A stretch of 44,498 bases of DNA from Chiloscyllium plagiosum (Eukaryota): positions 11,122,707 through 11,167,204 of the forward strand of contig NC_057754.1 in the NCBI RefSeq assembly GCF_004010195.1. Direction: 5' to 3'. Within the stretch, counting starts at the first letter, position 1, and every line of letters begins with the position of its first letter. Under the pieces are notes generated by a model, which worked only from the letters and a program-made list of their open reading frames with translations, did not search any database and was not told the DNA's origin. Positions 24,992 through 37,460 of the stretch are shown piece after piece. Position numbers and translations under genes: made by a program.

Positions 24992-26884
24992 GTAGTTCTG
25001 TTCGCCGAGCTGGGAATTTGTGTTGCAGACGTTTCGTCCCCTGTCTAGGTGACATCCTCAATGCTTGGGAGCCTCCTGTGAAGCGCTTCTGTGATCTTTC
25101 CTCCGGCATTTGTAGTGGTTTGTCTCTGCCGCTTCTGGTTGTCAGTTCCAGCTGTCCGCTGCAGTGGCCGGTATATTGGGTCCAGGTCGATGAGCTTGTT
25201 GATTGAATCAGTGGATGAGTGCCATGCCTCGAGGAATTCCCTGGCTGTTCTCTGTTTGGCTTGTCCTATAATAGTAGTGTTGTCCCAGTCGAACTAATGT
25301 TTACTGTCACCTGCGTGTGTGGCTACTAAGGATAGCTGGTCGTGTTGTTTCGTGGCGAGTTGATGTTCATGGATACGGATCGTTAGCTATCTTCCTGTTT
25401 GTCCTATGTAGTGTTTTGTGCAGTCCTTGCATGGGATTTTGTATACTATGTTGGTTTTGCTCATGCTGGGTATCGGGTCCTTTGTCCTGGTGAATTGTTG
25501 TCTGAGAGTGGCTGTTGGTTTGTGTGCTGTTATGAGTCCTAGTGGTCTTAGTACTCTGGCTGTCAGTTCAGAAATGTTCTTGATGTATGGTAGTGTGGCT
25601 AGTCCTTTGGGTTGTGGCATGTCCTTCCCTTACGCATCTGTTGATGAAATTGCGGGGGTATCCATTTTTGGCGAATACATTGTAGAGGTGTTCTTCTTCC
25701 TCTTTTTGCAGTTCTGGTGTGCTGCAGTGTGTTGTGGCCCTTTTGAACAGTGTCTTGATGCAACTTCTTTTGTGTGTGTTGGGGTGGTTGCTTTCATAGT
25801 TCAGGACTTGGTCTGTGTGTGTGGCTTTCCTGTATACCTTTGTGGTGAAATCTCCGTTCGGTGTTCTCTGTACCATCACGCCTACGAATGGGAGTTGGTT
25901 GTCCTTTTCTTCCTCTCTAGTGAGTCTTATTCCTGTGAGTGTGGTGTTGATGATCCGGTGTGTGTTCTCAGTGTTTTTAATGATTACAAAGGTGTTATCC
26001 ACATATCTGACCCAAAGAATTGGGTTGAATTTGCGGTAAGACTGTTTGTTCTAATCTTTGCATTACCGCTTCTGCTATGAGTCCAGAGATGGGTGAGCCC
26101 ATGGGTGTGCCGTTGATTTGTTCATATATTTGGTTGTTGAATGTGAAGTGTGTTGTGAGGCACAGGTCCAGTAGTTTGAGTATGCCGTCTTTGTTGATAG
26201 GTTTACCATCTTGATGTCTGTTCTGTATGTCCAGCAGGTTGGCTATTGTTTCTCTGGCTAGGGTTTTGTGATGGAGGTGAACAGTGCCGTTACATCGAAT
26301 GAGACCATAGTTTCTTCCTTGTCTATGTGTATGTTTCTGATGATGTCCAGGAATTCCTGTGTGACTGTATAGAGTGTCTGGATCCGCTGATCAGGTGTTT
26401 CAGTTTCTGTTGTAGTTCTTTAGCCAGTTTGTGTGATGGTGTCCCTGGTAGCGATACGATGGGTCTGAGTGGGATTTCCGGTTTGTGCACTTTAGGTAGT
26501 CCATAGAATCTGCCACACACGCAGATAACAAGCAACATGAGTTCAACTGGGACAACACTACTATTATAGGACAAGCCAAACAGAGAACAGCCAGGGAATT
26601 CCTAGAGGCGTGGCACTCATTCACTGATTCAATCAACAAGCCCATCGACTTGGACCCAATATACCGGCCACTGCAGCGGACAGCTGGAACTGACAACCAG
26701 AAGCGGCAGATTCAAACCACTATAAATGTCGGAGGAAAGATCACAGAAATGCTTCACAGGAGGCTCCCAGCACTGAGGATGTCACCTAGACAGGGGACGA
26801 AACATCTGCAACACAAATTTCCAGCTCGGCGAACAGAACCACAACAACGAGCACCCGAGCTACAAATCCTCACACAAACTTTGA
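24992..26884 (-). mobile_element. Penelope-like element (second family) with inverted terminal repeat and 15-bp TSD
   Basis: RT FYGLPKVHKP..RPIVS, DNTFVIIK, LPFVGVMV..TKVYRKATHT; GIY-YIG NIVYKIPCKDCTKHYIGQTGR. ~24990-25320 is inverted at ~26512-26846. TSD tcacttagg(g/a)atgtt at 24977-24991 and 26885-26899. The empty site is visible at ~35218-35232. Confidence 0.95.
26770..26810 (+). ncRNA. Minimal hammerhead motif in PLE terminal repeat
   Basis: CTGAGGA-t-GTCACCT-agac-AGGGGAC-GAAA-CATC. The inverted partner at ~25027-25062 has GAAACGTC but TTGAGGA. Confidence 0.6.
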
Positions 26885-27961
26885 TCACTTAGGAATGTTA
26901 GAAAAGTTGAAACTGTTATCCCTGAACCAGGGAAGACCTAATGGCGTTTTTTTCCAGATGATGCGAAGTCTGGAGAGAGTAAATAGGAGGAAACTTTCCT
27001 CTTTCAAGTGAGTCAATAACTAGACGTCGGGCTTGCAGAACCATTGCTGAAAGAGAAGGGAAAAAATGGGAGCAAACTTTCTGCCACTCTGAGAAGCCAT
27101 TTCCAAAATATTTTGAAAGAAACATATGGAGACACAAGCAGTGAATTTCGCAAGGAGAGTGACGGCCTGTGGCCGGGTAAAGGGATAGGGTGGAGTGTAG
27201 TCGGAGCAAGGTGTGGTGAAACAATTTCTAATTTTGTTGACTTTCAAAGTAAAGCAATTTTGTGAAAATGTGCAGCTGAATAAAGTTGAGCTAAAAAAAA
27301 GCTCCGGGCTTTGAAAGATTTGGCATAGTTTTCCACATGAATCATTATAAATGGAACTGAGCGGATTTTTTTCATTATTGTAAATGAAAGATATTTCATA
27401 ATGAATAGGAGGTGAAGCTTCACTCAGGCCGATTTCCTGCTCTAATCATGTGCCTCAAAAATGTGACCATAATCACCATGATGTCACTGAATACTCACTG
27501 AAATCTGCCAAAGAAACCAATCAACAAGACGAGTTGGTTTTGCAGTTTAATTCTTTTTCTCGGCAGTATTATCTTGAATCTGAAATAAATTCAGAGCAAA
27601 GTTGAACACAGCATTAAACATTCCAATGAGAGATCGAATACACTTGCAATCATTGCAATGAATAGTGTGAGGTTGCAGCAAAATTAATAAAATTAAAGAA
27701 ACAGAACAACTTTTCCTGGAATTTAACCCAGTTCAGGTTCTGCCATATGGAAAGGACATCGAGCTAACGCATCACCTTTATTTCTCTCTCCATAGATTCC
27801 CCTTCACGTGTTCAAACTTTGCAGGATTTTTGTTGAAATTTGAGACATTTCTCCAGGAGTGGACGTTTCTCAATTCTCCAGAAATTGGTATTTTTAAAGA
27901 AAACCTATTTTGCTCAAAAGCGCACATTATCCTTGTCCTGCTGTTCCATGTCAACAGACGC

Positions 27962-28057
27962 TGCTCCAGGTGAGGTTGGAGCTCCTCGCCTCGACATTTC
28001 ACGTGGCTCTACAATGTCATAGAAGGACCGCGCGCTAACCGATTGCGTCACTGAAGC
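27962..28057 (-). pseudogene. Intron-containing tRNA-Ile(TAT)-type gene with TCT anticodon, probable pseudogene
   Basis: GCTTCAGTGACGCAATCGGTTAGCGCGCGGTCCTTCTA[TGACATTGTAGAGCCACGTGAA]ATGTCGAGGCGAGGAGCTCCAACCTCACCTGGAGCA = 38+22+36 nt; T loop degenerate (CTCCAAC). Confidence 0.88.
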
Positions 28058-29149
28058 CACAGAGTAGCCCCGCGCTGTCACTCCAATTGCATGGCCCATT
28101 GGTCACGTGGTTTGCGTTAGGCACTTTCTCCACTGTGACGTGGCTGGTAGGAAATCTATTTTTTTTCTACAGAGCAGCTCTCAGAATGAACAGAACCTCT
28201 GACACTCCTATTTATTTTTTCTCCTTTTTTATAACCCCCACACTACCGCCTAACTGCGGAAGTGCTTATTTTTTCCCAACATGCATGCGTGTGTGTGCAG
28301 GTGTGAGACACAGTGAAAGACACAAGGTGCAAGAATCTTTATTCAGTTTCCATCACCAGGAAGAAAAGAAACACCTGAGTGGCCAGTGACAAGCAGTGCC
28401 CTTCACATCAAAGGGCAATGCTGTGTGATCAAACAGTGAAGGGGAGGGCAAGGATTAAATCAAAATAGAGTTGGAGGAGGAAATAATGCACTCCACTCCC
28501 TGCGGCACTCCTTTTCCAGAGATACCCGGGCTCTAAAGTAACCGTGGAAGAGGGGCAGGCAGTCAGCCCTAACAACCCCCTCCACAGCCCGCTGCCTGGA
28601 CCTGTTTACGGCCAGTTTGGCCAGGCCCAAAGGCAGACCCATGAGGAGGTCTTCAGACCTGCCCTCCCTCCTCTGTACTGCGTGCCCGAAGATCAGGAGC
28701 ATGGGACTGAAGTGCAACCAAAAGCAGAGGAGGAGGTTTTTGAGAAAATCAAAAAGGGAGTGCAAACGCCCACACCCAATATACTCGTGGTCCACGGACT
28801 CCACAGCGCCACAGAACAAGCAGTTGGGCTGGGGGTCCGTGAACCACCGCAATCTGTGGTTGCAGGGGACTGCTGCGTGCAGCACCCTCCACCCCAGATC
28901 CCCGAGAGAAAGGGGGAGGACTCCCGCGTAGAGAGCCCCCCCACTGGGGATCTCCACCGCCCGGTGGCAAATGGGCACGCCAAGGCATGTCCGGACGGTG
29001 GATGAGGGAGAAGAGGTGGACAGTGTGCAGCAGCAGTCGATACAGGGCCCGCCTTATTACGTCCTTAAAAGGGACAAAAATAAAATTCCAGAGGTGGCTC
29101 GGGTTGTGGGGCACAGGCTCCAGCGGGAAGTACGGGACCTTGGGGCAAA

Positions 29150-29820
29150 TCGGTAGGAATTATACAATGTCATTTTAAAAATATGGTTATTTTCCAACAT
29201 TATCTTGTTTTTGTGCTCACTGCAATTTTGTGCTAAACAAGATATTGGAAAGAACGTGATTTTTTAAATTATGACTAGGTGGCGATTAAAAATATGATTA
29301 GTTTGTCACGTTGCGAATAATACACCAGTTTTTGGATACAATGTCAATAAGCTACCCGGAGGAATTCAGTGGCGCGGCCGTGAAGATACAACCGGTAACA
29401 GGGAGGGAGAGGGAGGCGGGTGGGAATAAGCGTGCGGAGCTCCGGTGACACAATCGGTCAGTGCGCGGTATAGAGGTGCATGAAATACCGAGGCTGAGAG
29501 CTCCAACCTCACCTGGAGCGACTTCTATTGCCATTGAACAGCAGGGGAAGGATAAAGTGCGTTTTTGAGCACAATAGTCTTTCTTGGAAAAGACCAGTTT
29601 CTGGGGATTGAGAAACGTCTGCTCCTGGCGAAATGCTTCAAATTTCGACAAAAATCCTGCAACTATTCAACACATGAAGAAGCACCTATGGAGAAAGAAG
29701 TGAAGGTGATGGTTTAACGCAATGGCCTTTCTCATATGGCTGAACCTGACTGCAGATGCTGGAAACCAGATTCTGGATTAGTGGTGCTGGAAGAGCACAG
29801 CAGTTCAGGCAGCATCCAAG
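29150..29820. repeat. 671-bp copy of 34199-34869
   Basis: Offset 5049; identical 99-aa ORFs at 29352-29651 and 34401-34700. Confidence 0.95.
29439..29520 (+). pseudogene. tRNA-Ile(TAT)-type pseudogene, anticodon deleted (duplicate of 34488-34569)
   Basis: GCTCCGGTGACACAATCGGTCAGTGCGCGGT-ATAGAGGTGCATGAAATACCGAGGCTGAGAGCTCCAACCTCACCTGGAGCG. Confidence 0.85.
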
Positions 29821-31559
29821 GAGCTTCGAAATCGACGTTTCGGGCAAAAGCCCTTCATCAGGAATAATTCCATTTATAATACTTCACGTGAAATAATATG
29901 ACAAATCTTTCAAAACCCTGAGCTTTATAAACTCAATCTTATTCAGCTGCACACATACACAAAATTTCTTTCTTTTGAAATTCCATCCAATTAGAGATTG
30001 TTTCCCATGGGGAGGACTCCCGCGTAGAGAGCCCCCCCACTGGGGATCTCCACCGCCCGGTGGCAAATGGGCACGCCAAGGCATGTCCGGACGGTGGATG
30101 AGGGAGAAGAGGTGGACAGTGTGCAGCAGCAGTCGATACAGGGCCCGCCTTATTACGTCCTTAAAAGGGACAAAAATAAAATTCCAGAGGTGGCTCGGGT
30201 TGTGGGGCACAGGCTCCAGCGGGAAGTACGGGACCTTGGGGCAAATGTGAAATTCCATCTGGGCAGGGGTGAGCACGGACGGGATTCCACCACACACCTG
30301 AGCATCCTTCAACTGGTGCACTTCGTCGGGTCCGAGCACCGCCGTTTTAAGGTGTTGGATGGTGGTGGCCACGTACCAGACGTCTACCGCTGCCCTGCTC
30401 GCTATATCCTGTGGCAGCGTCCAGCCCAGGACACCGCCACCCAGCATGTCCCCGATCCTGGTCACCCTCGCTGCTACAGCCCTCCCCTCCAACAGCCACT
30501 TGAACCGGTGAGTACGGAGGTGCGGATTCCTGAGCTATGCTCCCTGATGACAGCTGCTACTCCTGCCGGAGGGTAGGCACGACGCGATTCGAACATGTTC
30601 CAGACAGTCATCAGGTCCTGGTAAAAGGCAGGCAGCTTCTTGAGGGTGACCTCCAAACCATCGCGGTCGATGAACGGGAGGTGCATGTCATAGTTGAGGT
30701 TATGCACCTGGTGGAAAAAATACATTGCCAGGGCGTACCACCTAGGAGGAGGCTCGATGTAAAGGTATCGCTGCAAGGTCTGAAGGCAGAACGTCGCGAC
30801 CTGGGTGCGGACGCACACCAGCAGCTGACTGCCCTCCTCAATAGGGAGACTCAGAACCTGCGCAGTGACCCAGTGCATCTTTTGGTCCCAGAAGAAGTCG
30901 ACCAGCGTTCTCTGGATGTTAGCGACAAAACCAGGAGGAGGTACCGAAGTGACCAGTGGGTACCACAGTAGGGCGGCCACCAGCTGGTTCATGACCAGCA
31001 CTTGACTCCTGTAAGATAGCACTAGGAGCAGTCCTGTCCAGCGGCCTAGGCAAGCTGAGACTTTGGCCTCCAGCTCCTGCCAGTTCACCAGCCAGGATTC
31101 CTCAGCCGGGCCGAGGTAGACCCCCAGGTAGAGGAGATGGGTGGTACTCCAGCTGAACCCCCATAACTCTTCCGGCAGAGAGTCCACCCGCCACGGACCG
31201 ACCAGTAATCCAGAACATTTGGCCCAGTTGATCCTGGCGGAAGACACTGCCGAGTTCACGGCCTGGCACTTGCGCATCCTCCCCAGGTCAGCCGGGTCAG
31301 TGAAAGTGAGGAGCACGTCATCGGTGTAGGCCAAGAGGACCACCCTTGTGCCTGCACCGTGCAGAACCAGCCCCGAGAACCTCTACTGCAGGAGGCGGCC
31401 AAAAAACTGTCCACCGGCCGACTGGCGCAAGTGTGCAACCCCCCCCACCGTGAGGTCAACCTGGCGCTGGGTTTTTAAGTTGCATTGTGCTGCTATGTAG
31501 ACAGACCTGGTGTCCTTGTGCATGAATCACAGAGGGATGGTCTGCAGGTAAAACCAGTA

Positions 31560-31878
31560 ATTAGATTAGATTACTTACACTGTGGAAACAGGCCCTTCGG
31601 CCCAACAAGTCCACACCGACCCGCCGAAGTGCAACCCACCCAGACCCATTCCCCTACATCTATCCCTTCTCCTAACACTACGGGCAATTTAGCATGGCCA
31701 ATTCACCTAACCTGCACATCTTTGGTCTGTGGGCAAAACCGGAGCACCCGGAGGGAACTCACGCAGACACGGGGAGAATGTGCAAACTCCACACAGTCAG
31801 TCGCCTGAGGCGGGAATTGAACCCGGGTCTCCGGCGCTGTGAGGCAGCAGTGCTAACCACTGTGCCACCGTGCTGCCC
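31560..31878 (-). mobile_element. HE1-like SINE, full length, young
   Basis: Reverse complement gggcagcacggtggcacagtggttagcactgctgcctcacagcgcc..gggttcaattccc; tail gtaagtaatctaatctaa. Confidence 0.93.
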
Positions 31879-31949
31879 AGGGAATCTGTGATCTGATTGG
31901 CTGCTGGAAAATCTGCAGTAAGTGTGGAAAAGAGCATAGCAGAGAAGTA

Positions 31950-34142
31950 TTAATTAACTCATGAATTTATATAAATTAATAAAGTTATTAACTAAGTTGA
32001 GATGGGTGGCCATGTGATGTGCTGTGGCTGATTCCATCGTGAACTGCAGTGACCACATCTGCAGCAAGTGTTGGTTGCTGGAGGATCTTCGGCTCAGAGT
32101 TGATGATCTGGAATCTGAACTTCAAACACTGCAGCACATCCGGGAGGGGGAGAAGTACCTGGATGCTTTGTTTCAGGAGGCAAGCACACCTGGTAGATTA
32201 AGCAATTCAAATTCAGTTAGTGATCAGGGAAACAGGATGTGATTACAAGTGAGGCAGGTAAAGGGATCCTGAGCTCAGGAATGCCACAGCTCTTGACCTT
32301 ATCCAACAGGTATGTGATGCTTGCTCCCTGTGTGGATGAGGAAGAGGGCTGCGTGGAGGGTGAGCCAGCTGACCACGCACCATAGTTCAGGAGGCCATTC
32401 AAGAGGGAGGAGCTAAAAGACAGGTAGTTACAGGGGATTCTATAATTAGGGGGATAGATAATATCCTTTGCAAGCCAGTTTGGGAGTCCCACATGGTGTG
32501 TTGGCTGACCGGTGCAACAGTGTAGGACATCTTTGACTGCCTTAAGAGGATATTGGGGCAGGAGGTAGAGGATCCAGTTGTTGTGGTCCATGTTGGGACA
32601 AACCACAAAGGCAAGGATTCACAGGAGAATCTGTTTGGTGATAATCAAACATTCGGAGCAAACTTAAGGAACAGGTCCTCAAGGATTGTAATTTCCGGAT
32701 TATTGCCCGAGCCACGTGTAAATTGGAATAGGGATAAAAAAGGGAAGTAAACAAGTGGCCAAGGGAGTGGTGTGGGAAAAAGGGGTTCCATTTCATGGGG
32801 CATTGGCACAGGTTTTGGAACAGGAGGGACCTTTTCCAATGTTTCAGTGAGAAGGATAATTATTGTGGTCACTTGGACTTTAAATTAGTGACTCAGTTGG
32901 AGTGGGGGGGGGGAGGGGGAAGGGAAGGGAAAGGGAAATCGACAGGAATTATGATGGTAACTAGAAAGGTAGGCGGCACGGTGGCACAGTGGTTAGCACT
33001 GCTGCCTCACAGCACCAGAGACACAGGTTCAATTCCCACCACGGGCAACTGTCTGTGTGGAGTTTGCACATTCTCCTCGTGTCTGCGTGGGTTTCCTCTG
33101 GGTGCTCCGGTTTCCTCCCACAGGCCAAATTGGCCATGCTAAATTGCCCGTAGTGTTAGGTGAAGGGGTAAATGTAGGGGAATGGGTCTGGGTGGGTTGC
33201 TCTTTGGAGGGTCGGTGTGGACTTATTGGGCCAAAGGGACTGTTTCCACACTGTAAGTAATCTAATCTAAGGATAACTCATAAACATGAGGTTTTAAGTA
33301 CAAGGCAGACTATGAAAGAAGTAAAAAGGAAGGATTATTAGAGATATTAGAAATCATGAGGGTATGTAAATGAGCATGTGGGCTACCCGAATGCTAGTAG
33401 CATTTGTAACAGGGTCAATGAGTTAACAGCACAAATCATTGCAAATAAGTATTTAGTCGCCACTATGAACACATGGTTACAGATGGTCATAACTGGGAGT
33501 TAAATATTCAGAGATATCAGACTATTCAGAAGGATGAACAGATGGTGTAGCTCTGATATTCATGGATGATATCAGGACGGTATTGAGAGATGATATAGGC
33601 TCTATGGAGAATAAGGTTGAATCTATTTCAGTGGAAATTAGAAATTCTTAGAAGAAAAAGTCGCTGATCGGCATAGTCTCTAGGCCACCAGATAATAACA
33701 TCACACTGAGGCGGGCAATAAACAAATAAATAACTAATACCTATAAAAATGGAAGAATGAGTGGGGATCTTCTAGAAACATATAAAAGTATGAAGGGAAT
33801 AGATGAGATAGAAGTAGGGAGGATGTTTTCACTGGCCGGTGAAACTAGGAAAAGAGAGCATTGCCTCAAAATAAGGAGTAACAGATTGAATTGAGCAGGA
33901 ACTTCTTCACCCAGATGCTTGTAAATCAATGGAATTCCCTGCCCAGTGAAATAGTTGATGTTACTCAGTAGATGCTTTTAAAACTAAGGTTTATTTTTGA
34001 ATAATAAAGGAATTAAGGGATGTGGTGAGAGGGCGGGTAAGTGGAGCTGAGTCCACTAAAAGATCAGCAATGATTTCATTGAATGGCAGAGCAGGTTCAA
34101 ATGGCCAGATGGCTCAGCCCTGCTCCTAGTTCTTGTGTTCTA
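31950..34142 (+). mobile_element. Decayed CR1 LINE (ORF1, APE start, 3' end) with nested SINE
   Basis: HICSKCWLLEDLRLRVDDLESEL, VTGDSIIRGID, VVVHVGTN, IVISGLLP; APE remnants at 33380-33740; 3'UTR ends cctgctcctagttcttgtgttct. Confidence 0.85.
32972..33270 (+). mobile_element. HE1-like SINE
   Basis: ggcggcacggtggcacagtggttagc..ggttcaattccc..ctgtaagtaatctaatctaa. Confidence 0.92.
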
Positions 34143-34487
34143 ACAAGTAAAGGCATTGGTTTTCCTGATAAGCAACATCTTTTCTAAGAAGCGGTGAGTC
34201 GGTAGGAATTATACAATGTCATTTTAAAAATATGGTTATTTTCCAACATTATCTTGTTTTTGTGCTCACTGCAATTTTGTGCTAAACAAGATATTGGAAA
34301 GAACGTGATTTTTTAAATTATGACTAGGTGGCGATTAAAAATATGATTAGTTTGTCACGTTGCGAATAATACACCAGTTTTTGGATACAATGTCAATAAG
34401 CTACCCGGAGGAATTCAGTGGCGCGGCCGTGAAGATACAACCGGTAACAGGGAGGGAGAGGGAGGCGGGTGGGAATAAGCGTGCGGA

Positions 34488-34569
34488 GCTCCGGTGACAC
34501 AATCGGTCAGTGCGCGGTATAGAGGTGCATGAAATACCGAGGCTGAGAGCTCCAACCTCACCTGGAGCG
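34488..34569 (+). pseudogene. tRNA-Ile(TAT)-type pseudogene with a 14-nt deletion of anticodon and intron start
   Basis: Counterpart of 27962-28057; shares the CTCCAAC T loop and ~230 bp of downstream flank. Confidence 0.85.
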
Positions 34570-35573
34570 ACTTCTATTGCCATTGAACAGCAGGGGAAGG
34601 ATAAAGTGCGTTTTTGAGCACAATAGTCTTTCTTGGAAAAGACCAGTTTCTGGGGATTGAGAAACGTCTGCTCCTGGCGAAATGCTTCAAATTTCGACAA
34701 AAATCCTGCAACTATTCAACACATGAAGAAGCACCTATGGAGAAAGAAGTGAAGGTGATGGTTTAACGCAATGGCCTTTCTCATATGGCTGAACCTGACT
34801 GCAGATGCTGGAAACCAGATTCTGGATTAGTGGTGCTGGAAGAGCACAGCAGTTCAGGCAGCATCCAAGTCCCCCCACCTCAACACCACCCCCACCCCCA
34901 CCCCCCCCCCCCTCCCGTGCACACACTCCACCCCTACCCTTTACCAGGCCCCAGACTGTCTCTCTCCTTGCGAAATTCACTTCTTGTGTGTCTCATGTGT
35001 CTTACAAAATATTTTAGAAATGGCTTCTCGGAGTGACAGAAATTCTACTCCCATCCTGTCTTTATCCTTCATCGATAGTTTTGAATGCCTGACGTCTAGT
35101 TATTGACTCGCATGAAAGAGAGAACTTTCCTCCTATTCACTCTCTCCCAAACCTTACATCATTGGAAAACTTCGATCAAGACATCCATGGTTCAGAGGTA
35201 ACAGTTCCAACTGTTCCAACATCCCCAAGTGAATAAAATCCCGTCCCTGTCAGGGCCCTCTCCTACAGAATTATAGAATACCTGCAGTGCCAAGAGAACA
35301 ATTTGGCCAATCTGTACTGACCCTCGGAAGAGCAGCTCACCCAGGACTAGCTCCCCTTCCTATCCCTGTATACTTCACCTGACAAAGGGGCAGCACTCAA
35401 AAGCTTGTGACTTTAAATAAACCTCTTGGACTATAACCTACTGTTGCGTGCCTTCTGACCGTATGCCCATGTTAACCATGGCAATCCACCTAACCTGCAA
35501 GATCTAACAATACTGAGCCACCGTATCATCCAGTAAGCACCATCCGTGACATTTAGATGGCTTTATAGGCTTT

Positions 35574-35642
35574 AACGCAGTCTAGTGGAAGCAAGCTGGG
35601 CCCATCAACCCGAATTCAATGCATCAAAATGATACTCTACCT
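35574..35642 (+). pseudogene. Initiator tRNA-Met(CAT) pseudogene
   Basis: tagtggaagcaagctgggcccatcaacccgaattcaatgcatcaaaatgatactctacc; the extra C in the anticodon loop is shared with the left copy. Confidence 0.75.
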
Positions 35643-35967
35643 GGACAATCTCATTAACGCGGTGGGAAATATTTCAGCAGTCTCGCATCTGAATCGATTT
35701 GCCTGGCATCTTCCTCAGCTTCCTACATCCAGCAAACACTTCAACCCGTCTTTTTTTTTTAGTTTTCATTCCAACACAGTCAGAAATTGCATCTTACAGA
35801 AGTGACCTGTTTGCATTTTCAGTGACGCTCTTTCTCCCCGGGACCTGTAGGACTTCCCCACCCTGATTTCAGACAGCAGCGTCCTTCCTTCATGTCCCAT
35901 CGAGGATGGAAGGACAGACATTGATAGGTCGCACTTGGGGAAAGAGCAACAATTTTACAAAATTCGC

Positions 35968-36036
35968 ACTCTCTCTGGCGACGAATCCAGCCTCCCATGT
36001 GATAGGTGCGGATACTAACCACTAAACTACCGAGAA
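35968..36036 (-). pseudogene. tRNA-Asp-derived pseudogene (anticodon ATC)
   Basis: TTCTCGGTAGTTTAGTGGTTAGTATCCGCACCTATCACATGGGAGGCTGGATTCGTCGCCAGAGAGAG, followed by TTTT; T arm damaged. Confidence 0.8.
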
Positions 36037-36942
36037 CTCGAGGGGCGAAAAAGGTCCGTCAGCCTGTCAAACGACCGCACTTGTCAAAAACAACTGCTTA
36101 GCGATCCGAATCCCATTTTCTATCATTTGGCCCATAGTCCTGTATGCCTTAGCATCACAAATTCATAACTGAATAGTTCAACAGAAACCGGGCTTTTCCT
36201 ATCCATATCCCTCATCATTTTGTATATCTCAGTTCTGTCTTCTCAGAATCCTTTGCTCTAGCACTCCAGTCTCTCCGATCTCTGTTCACAACTGAAACTC
36301 GTCAGCCCAGATAACATCCTGATAAATCCCTTCTGTCCTGTTTCCAGTGCTATCACGTTGCTGCGATAATGTGAATTGCAGAACTGCGCACAGTACTCTA
36401 GCTAGTGTCGAAAGAGCAAGTGAAATAAATAATGCAGAAGGCCACAGAAACTGGGCTTTTCCAATAAAGTCTCTTTTGCCCAGTACTGTCCCATGCCATT
36501 TTCCTCAGCGTCATGCACCAATAATCTCTGGTCCATGTCAATAAAAGCTGTTATAGGAGGTTTGATTTCACAACCATGGTATCGAAATAGAACTACCGGT
36601 TTGACGGTTCCGATGGCGAGACTGCGGCATGTTCACCCAGCAACAGTGACAGCAGCAGCACAGACTGAACGGTGTCATTGTGAAAGTGAGCGCGATATTG
36701 TGCAGTGCCTCAGGGGAAGTGAGAGGTGGGGCGTCAAAGAGGATTACTGATTGTGGGCGGGAGAGAAATCTCCAAGAAGGGGTGGGTTTGAATTCTGATA
36801 TATGAAACACAGATGTGGGAGATCAGGGTTTGAAGGGGAGAAAAATAATCAGCTCGGAGAATATTTTCATATAAAAACAATTAATTTCTTACCACGTTTC
36901 TTTAGTATATTTCATGAGAAGTGAAACAGAGAGACCACTCAT

Positions 36943-37014
36943 TGCTGTGATGTGGATTCTTACCAAGGTTGCTGTGGCCACAATGCAGAGTACTAAATAC
37001 TATATGGTCACGGC
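36943..37014 (-). pseudogene. tRNA-His(GTG) pseudogene
   Basis: GCCGTGACCATATAGTATTTAGTACTCTGCATTGTGGCCACAGCAACCTTGGTAAGAATCCACATCACAGCA, 72 nt; A and B boxes mutated. Confidence 0.87.
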
Positions 37015-37460
37015 GCTACACAAAGAAACAAAAGTTAAAAAGAGCAATAAGTACAGTGGCAAAGGATATGTTAGGAATAGCGCCAAATGCACATTGCCAG
37101 TACTTGACAAACAATGGACTAAGATGTGGGAACTCAGAATGGGCTGAAACTCATACTTCGATGTCCCCAGCGGCTGTGGAGATTCCATCATTGAAAATGT
37201 TGAATTCTGAGATTGATAGATTTCTACAAAACATCAAAGGCTCAGGGGGCAGTGCAGGATATTGTTGAACTGCATGTTTCAATGGCAGTGTAGTCTAATA
37301 CCGGTTAATTCACCAATTTCCCCGTACAAGGAAGTAACCATTGCTGCAGACTATCGTATAATCCCAGTTCCCGGACCTGGAATCAGAGAAACTCAATGGC
37401 GCAGCCGCGAAGATCCTGCTGGAAAAGGGGATGTGAATGAGCACGGGGAACGACTCTGTG

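Larger units (their letters stand above)
28913..30246. repeat. 238-bp direct repeat (28913-29150 = 30009-30246) flanking an 858-bp insert
   Basis: Apparently identical sequence at offset 1096; the ORF track shows repeated peptides. Confidence 0.92.
28157..31410 (-). mobile_element. 5'-truncated Tx1-clade non-LTR retrotransposon (RT + C-terminal zinc knuckle)
   Basis: LLAYTDDVLL..SSARINWAKCSGL..YLGVYLG; DLGWRVLHAAVPCN..NCLFCGAVESVDHEYIGC (zf-RVT-like); A-rich 3' end near 28157-28170. Interrupted at 29151-30008. Confidence 0.9.

Noticed and set aside
29352..29651. Identical 99-aa ORF repeated at 34401-34700
   Set aside because: It is antisense to a tRNA pseudogene and its flank, the identity reflects the duplication, and I recognise no domain.
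34870..34915. C-rich tract (G-quadruplex potential on the minus strand)
   Set aside because: Low-complexity sequence at a suspect assembly junction, with no evidence of function.
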